DNA of 64,000 nucleotides, from NCBI GenBank assembly GCA_036785375.1, contig JAWMAR010000780.1, positions 496,001-560,000 on the forward strand, written 5' to 3'. Positions 36,501-46,583 of this stretch are shown here, in pieces; position 1 is the first letter of the stretch; every line of letters begins with the position of its first letter. A program made the translations under genes and the position numbers. Under the pieces are notes generated by a model that searched no databases, was not told where the DNA came from, and was given only the letters and a program-made list of their open reading frames with translations. The DNA comes from Leucoraja ocellata. Lineage: Eukaryota.

Positions 36501-38941
36501 TCTGCTTTGCTGATTGACCTAAAATGAGAACTATTTTCCTCAAAGTTTGACTGACTGACTTGCTGACTATTTCCAATAATCTGTGTTTTCATACTCATCT
36601 CCCTCTTCTAAACACCAGTGGATACAATCCTTGCCCCTCCAAATTTATAACACAAACTCGACTGGTAGGAAAAACAAAGTGCTGGAAATTTTCAGCGTGT
36701 CAGGCCACATTTGTGAGAAGAGAAACAAAGTTCATGTTTCCTTTGTCTAGTAAACCTCTGGACTCCCCCGAGTGCCACCCCTGGTGATCTGATAAGCCTT
36801 GTGAGTTGAGCAGCGCATTTTATAAATGAGCTGATAACTGAGCAGTAATTGTTTTGGTTCTGGATTTTCCTCATCCTCAGAAAGGATTACAAGGCCAAAA
36901 CACCCCTAGTTCACTGGGTGTGATTAGACCACCAGCTGGTGCTGCTTGAGTTCCACTTGTGCCTGTATAGTGATGGATTGAGGCATATTTTGTGTCTTTT
37001 CCTCACACTCTGCATTTCACAATCACTAAAAAATCACAACTGCAATAATACTTTATTAGCCAATTATGTTTTGCAACATACGAGGAATTTCATTTGCCAA
37101 GTCAGTCATTCAAATAAAAAGCAACGGAACACACAAAACACATTTTAACATAAACATCCATCACAGTGACCTCTCCACATTCCTCACTGTGATGGAAGGC
37201 GAAAAAAAAGTTCAATCTCTTCCCTTTGCTCACCTGTGGTCGGGGTCCTCGAGCCCTCCGTTGACGGGATGATGTTGCCTCCCGTAGCCGATGGCGGGCC
37301 CTTCGTGTCGAGGTGATCAGCTCCTGCATCGGGGGAGGTCATCACTCTCTGGCAGACCAGTCAGTTCCAAGCAATGCCAGTTGTCAGCAGCGTGACTCCA
37401 GGGAAACCCAGCGGTAAAGGTTCGAAACCTTTATGGATGGTTTACATTGCATATCATGGTATATGGACACACTATCATGGTATATGGACACATTTATCTG
37501 TTTTGTAGTAAGTGCCTACTATTTTCTGTGTCCTATACAGGGACACATGACAATAAACTCGCTTGAACGAACATTGTGTGACTGACTGATCCTCCTGCCA
37601 CCCCCCCCCCCCCCCTCACCCCCCATTCATTGGACATTTTGTACCCTCAGGCACGCCAAGACATCTTGATGTACATCACATGCGGGACTCTCTGCTGAAG
37701 ATCGATGATGTGCATTCTGTTCAGGATCTGAATGTATGGTCACTAACAGTGGGGAAAACAGCAGCCATTGTGCATTTAAAGCTGAGTAAGTGGTTTACAC
37801 ATCAAATCCACCCCACCCAACTCCCTGGGAATAACCTTGCAGTTTTAGTTAGTGGTAAAACCTTGATCTAATGGCTTCTTTCTGCATCTCTTGTTGACTG
37901 TGGTCAGGAACAGGGGAATGAACTCGGCCAGTGGGGGCTGAAAGGTCTCTTTCACATTGTGTACAGTTGTGGTCACTACACTGCAGCAAGGATGTGGTTA
38001 CACATGTGAGAGTGCAGAGGTGGTTCAACAGGATGTTGCCCGGAATGGAGTATTGTAGTTAAATGGCGAGATTGGATATGCTGAGTTTATTCTCACTGGA
38101 ACCTAGGAGCATGAGGGGTAGCCATAGAGCTTTACAAAATTATGAGGGGCATAAATAAGACAGCTAGTTTTGTTTCCCCTAGCCAGGAGTATCTAGAACC
38201 AGAGGGGGCAAATTTAGGTCAGAGGAGATTTCGGTCATGTCTTGGTTTTCTGGAACATGTTGTGAGAGGAAGTGGGAGAGGCAGGTCCAATTATAATGTT
38301 TGAAAGGTGTTTGGACATGGATAGGAAAGGAACATATATGGACCAACAGGTAAATGGGATTGGTGTAGATACGCATTGAAGCTGACAAGGGTTCATATCA
38401 GTGCTGTTTCTATTCTCTGACTGAGGATTGGACTAAAGCTGGCAAAACTGCTATATGCTGATGATAAAATCTATCACTTTGGCCCAAGGGTGCGATTTTA
38501 GCATTTCAGTGCACTCGCAGCCTGGTGTAAAGCCTGGCTCTGCTACTGAAGTCTAATTTATGTCGGTAAAGGCCAAAAGTATTCACAATTCCATTTGTCT
38601 TCCTCCTGTGGTGCAGTGACCATTTCAGGTGCTCAGATACTGAATGGGTCGGGTAAAATTGACATTGGTGCTACTTGCTCCGGTTAGAACTACTGACCAC
38701 TCAGGAGCTCCGGCTAGTGTTCACTGATTTCACCAGTCTCAGCATCCTCGTGTTGGCTGCCTGCTTTGATTAATGTCTGTATTCAGTTCCAGAGAGTACC
38801 TCCAGATGGGAAGGTGTTCAGGCCAAGGCTCGGCACGTCTTGCTTCATTCCTACGGCATGCACCAGTGCACAGTGCAGCTCCAGGTCTACAAGGAATCAT
38901 CGGGCAGTGCTTGCACCAAGTGTGGGTCCTTGGATGGTTAG
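24102..38941 (+). CDS. SLC30A4: Zinc transporter 4 (ZnT4, CDF family), spliced gene (coding exons 24102-24534, 26123-26269, 31625-31778, 33152-33347, 35197-35302, 37651-37785, 38787-38941; 441 aa)
   Basis: In-frame GT-AG splicing gives [14 protein letters not shown] (TM2 HxxxD), FTFGWHR, a His-rich loop, [13 protein letters not shown] (TM5 HxxxD), [19 protein letters not shown] and a C-terminal CTKC. It neighbours BLOC1S6 and C15orf48 as in mammals. Confidence 0.96.
25010..25808 (-). mobile_element. CR1 LINE fragment with a nested insertion (25273-25557)
   Basis: [27 protein letters not shown]; split at GATC by another element's tail. Confidence 0.8.
26123..26269 (+). CDS. SLC30A4: SLC30A4 coding exon 2
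   Basis: ccag|..|gtacgt; [19 protein letters not shown]...FTFGWHRF. Confidence 0.96.
26771..27020 (+). mobile_element. CR1 LINE 3' end, near-identical to the 7532-7770 copy
   Basis: gtggtgaatctctggaactctctgccacagagg...(tttctatg)n. Confidence 0.88.
29612..31080 (+). mobile_element. Rex1/Babar LINE, RT with frameshifts
   Basis: [77 protein letters not shown]; (tta)n tail. Confidence 0.9.
31625..31778 (+). CDS. SLC30A4: SLC30A4 coding exon 3
   Basis: gcag|..|gtaagt; [16 protein letters not shown]...AAVGVAINL. Confidence 0.96.
31843..32400 (-). mobile_element. RTE-clade LINE 3' fragment
   Basis: [24 protein letters not shown]; [14 protein letters not shown]; GLCS..E; (aag)n-like tail. Confidence 0.8.
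33152..33347 (+). CDS. SLC30A4: SLC30A4 coding exon 4 (His-rich loop, TM5)
   Basis: acag|..|gtacgt; [18 protein letters not shown]...[10 protein letters not shown]. Confidence 0.96.
34432..34700. mobile_element. Palindromic Penelope-derived non-autonomous repeat (related copies near 17450, 22630, 26700, 27490, 32770, 35690, 41895, 42835, 44085, 49650, 53395, 59604, 59920)
   Basis: Arms gctggagtaactcagcgg.tcaggcagcatc / gatgctgcctga.ccgctgagttactccagc flank ctgaagaaggg..cccgaaac-type cores. Confidence 0.7.
35197..35302 (+). CDS. SLC30A4: SLC30A4 coding exon 5
   Basis: acag|..|gtacaa; [18 protein letters not shown]...IFLE. Confidence 0.95.
35690..35885. mobile_element. Palindromic Penelope-derived repeat copy
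   Basis: Both inverted arms present around tttcgggtcggaacacttcttca. Confidence 0.7.
37452..37492. repeat. 21-bp tandem duplication
   Basis: tatcatggtatatggacaca x2. Confidence 0.85.
37651..37785 (+). CDS. SLC30A4: SLC30A4 coding exon 6
   Basis: tcag|..|gtaagt; GTPRHLDV...[19 protein letters not shown]. Confidence 0.95.
37950..38420 (+). mobile_element. Old CR1 fragment
   Basis: gagagtgcagagg..ggatgttgcc.ggaatggag and other CR1 3' motifs. Confidence 0.6.
38787..38941 (+). CDS. SLC30A4: SLC30A4 last coding exon
   Basis: ttcag|; [33 protein letters not shown]...CTKCGSLDG*. Confidence 0.93.
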
Positions 38942-41339
38942 GGGCCTGATCCTTAAATTTTGTGCCTTTCATTCAGATGAAAAACACTAAAAATCAGTAT
39001 TTGAAACTGTCATCACAAACAAATTCTACTTGTGGAACGCCAGCTGTAGAATTGAACCTCGCAACGCATCGCCTCGCTCTGTTGCTGCAGAGACCCTCTG
39101 CTCAGCAGCTGACTTGAAGACCCTTTTGCCCTTCGGGCAGCTTCTGATCACGTGTCCCCCTTGATTCCCAGGTACCCAATATGTTTATATACCTTTTCTT
39201 CAGTTCGTATTTACTCCGCCTGGGTGAGAACTCTGGGTGTTCACTAGTGGCCTGGGACTGAGCAGCGCTGTTTATCTAGAGAGCCAAGAGTGGTGCAGGG
39301 AGTTGTTGATTAAAGCAGCTGTCAAGGACATTCTGGGCAGAATGGCCTCTGTGCTGGACCAATCTCTCAGTCCACACAGAGCTGCTTGAAGGCACTCTTC
39401 TAACTTGCTGAGAATTTGATTCACTGAAACAAGGTGTTTCAGCTAATAATCATGAATAATAATTAGTTTTATCCCTCTCCCCATTTCCTTCCTGGGGAGC
39501 AGATAAGGAAAATGAGGCTCCAGCTGCCAGTGGCCATGTTGCAGCCTGGTCTGGGCATTGATTTACTTTGAGACTCTGTTCATTTTACAGCTCCCCAGTT
39601 CCATTCTGTGACCCAGAGCCAGTTTATTGATGGTGCAAGTGTGTGCCATTTGTAATCGCAGGTTGAGCATTAACAATTACTCGACATTATGTGCGATAGT
39701 GCAGTTTGCTGGGATTTGGATTGGGAAGACGAGTTGTCCCAAGTGCAGTAAACAGTTAAACAGTATTTGCAGATCAACACTTTGAACAAGTCTTTCTGAA
39801 AGAAATTTCCTCCTAACCTTTTGTGAGCTCGGCCTCTCTTAATTGTTACTGGAAAGAATTGTTTAGCCTTCAATCTCCTGGAAGAAATCAGACAATTTAA
39901 ACATGTTTATAATGAGGAATAACTAAGAAACAAGTTAATAATGTGCATAATCTGGTGAGATTTAAAAAAAAAATAGAAGAAGCTATAGTAATTGCAGGAC
40001 TTCTGATCGTGTTCATCACAATTCACTCCAGTTTAGTACAGGATATGCTGCTGTCCTGTTGATGGGATATGAACTAATCTATCAAAATAGTTATTTCTGG
40101 TTTGTCTGCAATGTCCTTTTTAAAGTGCCATATACAATTCTACAGGCAAGGGATTCTTGACACCGTTAAGAGTCAGCCTTTGCCAAGTGCCACCAACTAT
40201 AGCAAGCAGCTGATGTATTTAAGCAGATGTGCTTCTGTGCACTGTGGTGGCACCTTCCTGCTGCTCTGTTACAAGACCTGGAATTAACCTGCAAATGGTC
40301 TTGAATTTTCCCCATCCGCCCTTTGATGTTCGCTTTGTTTAGCAGTGCAGGTAGTCTCTGTGGTAGGGCAGTGCTACCTGATGTTTGTGTTACATGTGAC
40401 CCCCAAGGTCATGAGGAAAGAAGGAAGCACCAGCATTGAGTGCCATATTGCGTTGCATGGCTATTGATTTCCCTATTTCATTATTTACAAGTAATATGCT
40501 GTCTTATTTTTTATTCCTATTTGAATTTGCCTCGCATTTGAATTTTGGTGCCAAATGTTATGCTTATTTTGCTTGAATATTAATGTTGTAACTAACATCC
40601 ACTGCACCGATTTACAGTGGTAAATTATGTTTCACCTCCAATTGTGTATCAACTCCAAATTAAAGAAAACTTGTCCTTTTGTCTCTGCTTTTCCACATAC
40701 AGTTGGTTACCAGTTTTTATTTTGCTCATTATACCCGTTATATTTTCCTTGGGTTTTGAATTCTCTTAAATCTTTTCCATTGCTGTTCAGTTTCATTGTT
40801 TTGCAATATTGTAAATCATTATACTTTGCAAGGTTGAATTCTCAACCCCTCAAAATGGCATTTTCTTAAGTCTTTTGCCTCGGTATTCATCTTGTGTCCT
40901 TTAAGATAATAAACTGGAGCACAGTCTTTGAGTCGACGCTGTTTATTCTCTGTGTTCTGTTACCTGCTCGGGCGAATCCACAGGTGGCAAATCTTGTCAA
41001 CCCTTTTCCCCTGCTGAATACAAAGGTGTGTATGTACATTGTGCGGATAATAACTACTCGCCTTTGCATGCTATTTAATTTTTGAGTTGTGCAAATTCAT
41101 GTGTCTTTGCTCAATTCCCAAATTGGTTTGTAAATCCTCTCTCTGATTCCACAATTCACGAGTCAGTGAACAAACCCCGAGTCTGTGATTCATCCCTCAA
41201 TGTCCGTTTCTCTCGTGAAAATGACTGGAGTGGTGCAGGTGAATCACGGCCTCGCCTCTTTGGGTCACTGGATGATGGGAAGGGAAGATGCAGTAGGCGA
41301 GGCGGGAAGGCAACCATCCCTCGCAGATGCTGAACAGTG

Positions 41340-41830
41340 GAGCAGCAGCCTCCACATAGGATGACTATTCTTCACTATTTCCTCCACATGTGTAGGATAC
41401 ATCATCCAATGTGGCTGATGCTGGGGTATGGGTGAGGACCAGGGCATGTCTGTTTTGCGGTGTCTAGAAGAAGAGGCGAGAGCAGGATATGGATGAGATG
41501 TGGACAGATGCTCTGTCCACTACAGTAGAGGGGAAGCAATGGTTCAAGAAGAAAAACATTTCAGGGGCACATCCACATCATTGGAGCACTTGTGGGCAAG
41601 ACAGACGAACTGAGAGAACGAAATGGAGGCAGGGTGGAGGAGGTCCAATCTGAGGGAGGCTGTGGGCTTGTGGTGGATGCTGGTGTCCAGCCTATCACAG
41701 GATAGAGGAGAGACCTGGAATGGATGAGGAGATGGGCCGTGTGAAAATGAGAGCGGGGTGGAAACTGGCAGCAAAACTGGTGACATTAACGAGTGGAGGA
41801 AGTAGCAGTAACGCGGTCCTGGATGTAACG
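41340..41830 (-). mobile_element. Degenerate Penelope-like element RT remnant
   Basis: DRLDTSIHHKPT..HPAS.ISFSQF..CS resembles the PLE RT C-terminus (T.IY.KPT..HP....IP.SQF.R..RICS); adjacent to a palindromic repeat copy. Confidence 0.5.
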
Positions 41831-42328
41831 GGGGAGAATTGGGGGAATGGCGGAAACAGCGCTGAAACCGTCTCTCACAACAACAACAACAACGCAAGCG
41901 CTGGAGGAACTCAGTGGGTCGGGCAGCATCTGCAGAAGCAACGCTGCCTGACCCGCTGAGTTACTCAAATACTTTGTGTTTTTTTTTTAAACCAGCATCT
42001 GTAGTTTCTTGCCACAACAAGGCGGTGGGGACTGTGGCAAGAGACTACAACGGCCCTCCCGCGGCGCCATCAGTGACGCACCGGCACATCGTGTCGGGGA
42101 CACGAACCCTCCGTGTGAGGGCTGATGTCGGGCTGGACCAGCCTGCCAGGTGTTTCCGTCTCTTCATTTTAAATTACCCGAGGAGGGCTCAGACAGGAGT
42201 GGCTGGGACCGAGGAGAAGATCGGTGCGGTGGTAAGCGGGGAGTTGCAGCCTCGCCCAGCGGACAGGAATGAAGTCAGCGGATGGAGCCGCCCCGAGCCC
42301 GGGGGAACGGAGAATCCTGCGCTTCATC

Positions 42329-42427
42329 AGCACCGCCCCTCCCACAGCACAGCCCCTCCCTCAGCGCAGCCCCTCCCATATCACCGCCCCTCCCACTTCA
42401 CAGCCCCTCCCTCAGCACCGCTCCCTG
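42329..42427. repeat. Imperfect 16-17 bp minisatellite (ca.gcccctccc) x about 6
   Basis: Repeated cagcccctccc / ccgcccctccc units. Confidence 0.8.
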
Positions 42428-43437
42428 GCATTTCACTGCTTGCAAGGCGTCTGTTCGCTGTGAAAATGTGGGATTCGTGCAAACGTGAGAAAATAAGACA
42501 AACACGATCGAGCCTTGTACATACACACAGGCAGGAACGGTTGTACATGGGGTATAATATAGGGGACACCATGTATTGATACGCGGCAGGTGTTGAGATC
42601 TTCTGAAGTTGGACCTACTATAGAAATCTAGATGAATGATTGATCTGTGCATCTGTTAGGGGCTGGAATAAGCATAAATACTGACAGAGGGGTGTGGACA
42701 GCACTGGCCTGTCCCACCCTGCAACGTCCCCATAACGCAACACCATGACCCTCCCCCCCCCCCCCCCCCCCACCCCCACACACACGTGTGGCTCCCTCAA
42801 CTCTTTAGCAATAACAAAAGTGCCGGAGAAATAGTGAACGTCGCCTATCCATTCCCTCCACAGATGCTGCCTGACCCGCTGTGTTCCTCCATAACTTTGT
42901 GTTTTGCACAGGATTCCAGCATCTGCAGTTCCTTGTGTCTCCCTCAGATCTTAGTCTGAAACGCATGTCGCCCACGAGGTTCCCTCCAAGCCTCGGGAAA
43001 TAAGTGTCGGTAACATTGAGCACCCCTGCCCTCACGTTGTATACTTTCTTACAGTATAGTAGGAGACGAATCGGCCAATTGAGCTCGGGCCAACTCTCCG
43101 ATCAATCCCACCCCAACTCCCCAGGACCGGCCTCTCTCACGTCCACAGTGCTGGGGTGAAGACAAGGGAGACAGATAATTCAATAGAATGTTATTCAATA
43201 GAATAAAAATCTTCGTTTATTTTTTAATTTACACAATTTGTTAAATAGAATGTAATGAGTTAGATATATTTGATGCTTCCACACGATGGCCTGAGGGTTA
43301 CAATTCGAGAGAGAAAGTTGTCATTTCCTGATGAATTTTGAAATCTGTAGCGAGAGCAGTTGCAGAGTTCAGGGATGATTGGACAGAATGACTCAGCATT
43401 TGTCTGCTCACCTACGCGCTCAGGATTCGCACACTCC

Positions 43438-43506
43438 TCACTTGGTGTAACCTTTCACCATCTGCAGTTCATCCACGGGTTTCCATTTCTGACTGACGGT
43501 CATGAA
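43438..43506 (-). CDS. C15orf48: C15orf48 last coding exon
   Basis: ggcag|FMTVSQKWKPVDELQMVKGYTK*. Confidence 0.93.
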   Translation of the reverse strand, partial: FMTVSQKWKPVDELQMVKGYTK

Positions 43507-46392
43507 CTGCCAGGAGAAAAAAACGGCAAGGCTTTAATCGTTCCGCGAAACAGGCGTCGTGGCACAGATGTACATAAACAATTGTACTGTCATCGGCAGC
43601 GAAACTGCACTGATCCAGTGTGAGAGCCAGTGGCCATTGGACCGGTCTCTGGACTGAGATGGAAGTCGGATGTTTGAAGGAGCGGGTGGGGGATTGAGGT
43701 CCCGCCTGTGTGATTCAAGTCTTCTATCACAGGCTCAGGTCGTTCTCTGAACACTAGTGGTGGGTATTCGGCCAGTCAGAACGAACCCCTCCCCCCCCCC
43801 CCCCCCACACACACACACAACAAAATGCTCCCATTGTGTATGTGTCCTTTACCCCAACTTAACCGCCGACACGTTCCAGGTCATTCTGGTTAACAAACTG
43901 TTACACAGGCATTAGGCCGGGGGCCGGAGGACACATTTCCGACCAGTTGACTTTATTTCCTGAGACAGTGGAATGAAACAGGCTGGGCCACCACTGACTT
44001 CGAACGCCACATTTGGGTCCGTGACCCACATTTGGAGCATTGCCCTATCCTCCTCTGGAACCCGGTGGACACAGTTCTGATGCAGGATCCCAACCCGAAA
44101 CGCCGACCATGTATCTGTCTCCACAGATGCTGCCCGACCCGCTGAGTATTTCCAGCAGTTTTACTCTGCTCCAGTTTCCAGCATATGTATCTCGAGAAAT
44201 TCCCCACGTAACTAGCGCGTCCACAGGAGCAACCCAAACCCAACACTAAATGCTGTTGGTGCTGCATTTCCTCGGCGCCTCCCCCCTCCCACAGTGCGCG
44301 GCTCCCTCACACCTGGGTCTGAAGCTCTCATCTCCCGCGAGGTTCCCTCCAAACCCCATCAGGCCTCCGAGAGCATTTGTCCGCCCACCCTCCCATATAG
44401 TGCTCATTCCACCCTCCCATCAATCCCACCCCCAAGGACTGGTCTCTTGCACAAAACCATCGGAGCCACCAGCTTCTCCCCCTCACCCACATTTGGGGAA
44501 TTCACAGCCGATTAACCCACACCGTCGTTGGAGGAAAGCGAGCTCCTGGAGAGGAGGGGGTAACGCGGTGACACGGGAACATGCAAACTCCACGCAGACA
44601 GCATCGGAGGGCGGGATCGAACCCATGCCACCAGCGCTGGGAAACAGCGGCCCTCCCGCGGCGCCATCACTGACGCACCGGCACAGCCCCGCCCCCCTGT
44701 TGTCCAGTGAACTCCCTTTTCTCTCGCCAACATCCTTTTCCATCCGCCATCGCCTCTCTTGCCGGTAAAAGCAAACTTCATCGCCTCCTCGAGTCTCGCT
44801 CCACCCCCCTCCGCCCGTCCTCGCCACTCCTTCGTTACTCCCTCTAATCTCCCTCCTCCCATCCCCGCCCCCCTCTCCCTCCTTTCCGCATCCTCCCATC
44901 CTCGTTCCTCCCTCTAATCCTCGCTCCCCCTCTCCATGCCCGTTCCACCCACCCTCCAACCCCGCTCCTCCCTCATCCCCTTAATCTGCCATATCCCTCC
45001 TTTGCCCCACCACCTCAATACTCCTTCCCCCCTCTCCCTTCTCCATCTCTTCCATCACCCCCCCCCCCCGCTCTCCAGCCGCGGCCCCACCCGTCTGGTC
45101 ACCAGGATACTCTTACATCAAGATGTTGCCCAACATCGCGACCAGCCCGCTCCGGGAATCAGTGACTCAGCCGCTTTCCCATCAAATGTTATAAAGTCAG
45201 AGCTATGAGGTTACCTTCTGAGGTTTGTTCGGGTCTATGTTCTCCCATGGGGTAGGATTGTGCGTCTTATCGATTCTAAATAGAGAGAAATAAACTTCAG
45301 AAATGTTTTATCATCCAAAAAGCACCCGATCGCACGGCTGGTGTACAATGCGGCTTCACTCATTTGTACAGTAACCTGGACCACTCGCCGCACACAAACA
45401 CTCCCACTTGTATACATACACCCACTCGCCCACAAATACACACTCTACGGACAGACAGGCAGACCCAGACACACTGTTTTAATGCTGAATGATGTTCTAC
45501 CTAGAGCTTTTTAGTGTACTACATCCAGATCCTGATTCCCCCCCTCCCCAAACACACACGTCTAGACAAACACACACAGACCGGAAACCCCCAACGCGCA
45601 CCCCAACATACAGACACATCCTTGAACACATACTACACAGTGATGCTTGTTGCACTTCAACATCTGCAACAGGTCCCCGACCCCTGTCCCCTGTCTCCCG
45701 GCCGGGACCGGATACTTACATGACATCGCTCTTGGTGACGAGGAAGTAAATGCCGGCGCTGGTACAGAACGAGGCGGCGGTGGCCATCAGGCCGATCAGG
45801 GGGATGAGCTGCGGGACAGACGGCATCGGTCACCATGGGCTCCGAATGCGGCATCGGAGCCCGATTGAAAAGCAACGGGTCTAACAGAAGCGGTTACTCG
45901 GCTGCTGCAAACACCCGGGGAAAGTCAACAACAGCGGACCGAGCGAAGCTCATCGCGCCGGGCAGCGGGTGAAGAGGGAGGACTGCGGTCAAGAAACGGA
46001 CTAAACTGTCGGGAAGAAGAGGGGGAGACAGGCCGAGCGGCAACAGTGGTTCGGGAACAGACCGGGGGGTGATAGAGATGGAGCGGTCGGTGGCATAAGG
46101 GAGACGGGCCGATAGGCCATAATGGGGGGGATGCTGTCGATGGGCCGATCGGTCCGGTGGGTCACGGAGACGGGCTGGGCGTGATAGAAACATAGAAAAC
46201 AGGTGCAGGGGTAGGTACCCGTTCCTGCTTTCTCCCCGTAGCCCTTGATTCTGTTGGTGCCAAGAGCTAAATCTAACTCTTTCTGATGGAGGGGACGGGC
46301 CGAGTGGTCAGGGAGGATAGGACGATCGGAAGGGGTGGGTGGGGTTGGTTCACCTCCTTCCTCCGGCGGAGCATCGTGAAAAAGTTCGACAT
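43438..46392 (-). CDS. C15orf48: NMES1 / COXFA4L3 (NDUFA4-family cytochrome c oxidase subunit), spliced gene (coding exons 46354-46392, 45720-45808, 45215-45275, 43438-43506; 85 aa)
   Basis: Joined product is MSNFFTMLRRRKELIPLIGLMATAASFCTSAGIYFLVTKSDVIIDKTHNPTPWENIDPNKPQKFMTVSQKWKPVDELQMVKGYTK, with the NDUFA4-family KELIPL, NP.PWE and QKWKP motifs. All introns are GT-AG; minus-strand AATAAA at 43216-43221. It is missed by the ORF track. Confidence 0.95.
44500..44670 (-). mobile_element. V-SINE (HE1-like), diverged
   Basis: B-box ggttcgatccc plus gctgtctgcgtggagtttgcatgttc. Confidence 0.65.
45215..45275 (-). CDS. C15orf48: C15orf48 coding exon 3
   Basis: tttag|IDKTHNPTPWENIDPNKPQK|gtaacc. 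Confidence 0.93.
45720..45808 (-). CDS. C15orf48: C15orf48 coding exon 2 (TM helix)
   Basis: cgcag|LIPLIGLMATAASFCTSAGIYFLVTKSDV|gtaagt. Confidence 0.93.
46354..46392 (-). CDS. C15orf48: C15orf48 coding exon 1
   Basis: MSNFFTMLRRRKE|gtgaac. Confidence 0.9.
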
Positions 46393-46471
46393 CTTCGCAG
46401 CGCTTGTCCCGATGATACCGGAAAATGAGAAACGAGCGTCGTAGCCTAGTTTTGAAACACCGGTCACAAAC

Positions 46472-46583
46472 GGCCCCGCCCATCCGCCCCGCCCACCCCT
46501 GATAGCCCCGCCCACTCCTCTGATAGCCCCGCCCACTCCTCTGCTCGACCCGCCCACTCCCATGATAGCCCCGCCCACTCCAC
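46472..46583. repeat. 21-bp tandem repeat x4 (TGATAGCCCCGCCCACTCCTC) plus 2 extra GC boxes upstream of the C15orf48 ATG
   Basis: Units at 46500-46520, 46521-46541, 46542-46562 (variant), 46563-46583. Confidence 0.85.

Noticed and set aside
41914-42579. 221-aa ORF
   Set aside because: Non-ATG start inside a repeat, runs through a minisatellite, no recognisable domain.
42618-42660. Plus-strand stretch loosely resembling the miR-147 precursor 5' arm
   Set aside because: Wrong strand, beyond the C15orf48 polyA signal, and no complementary arm.
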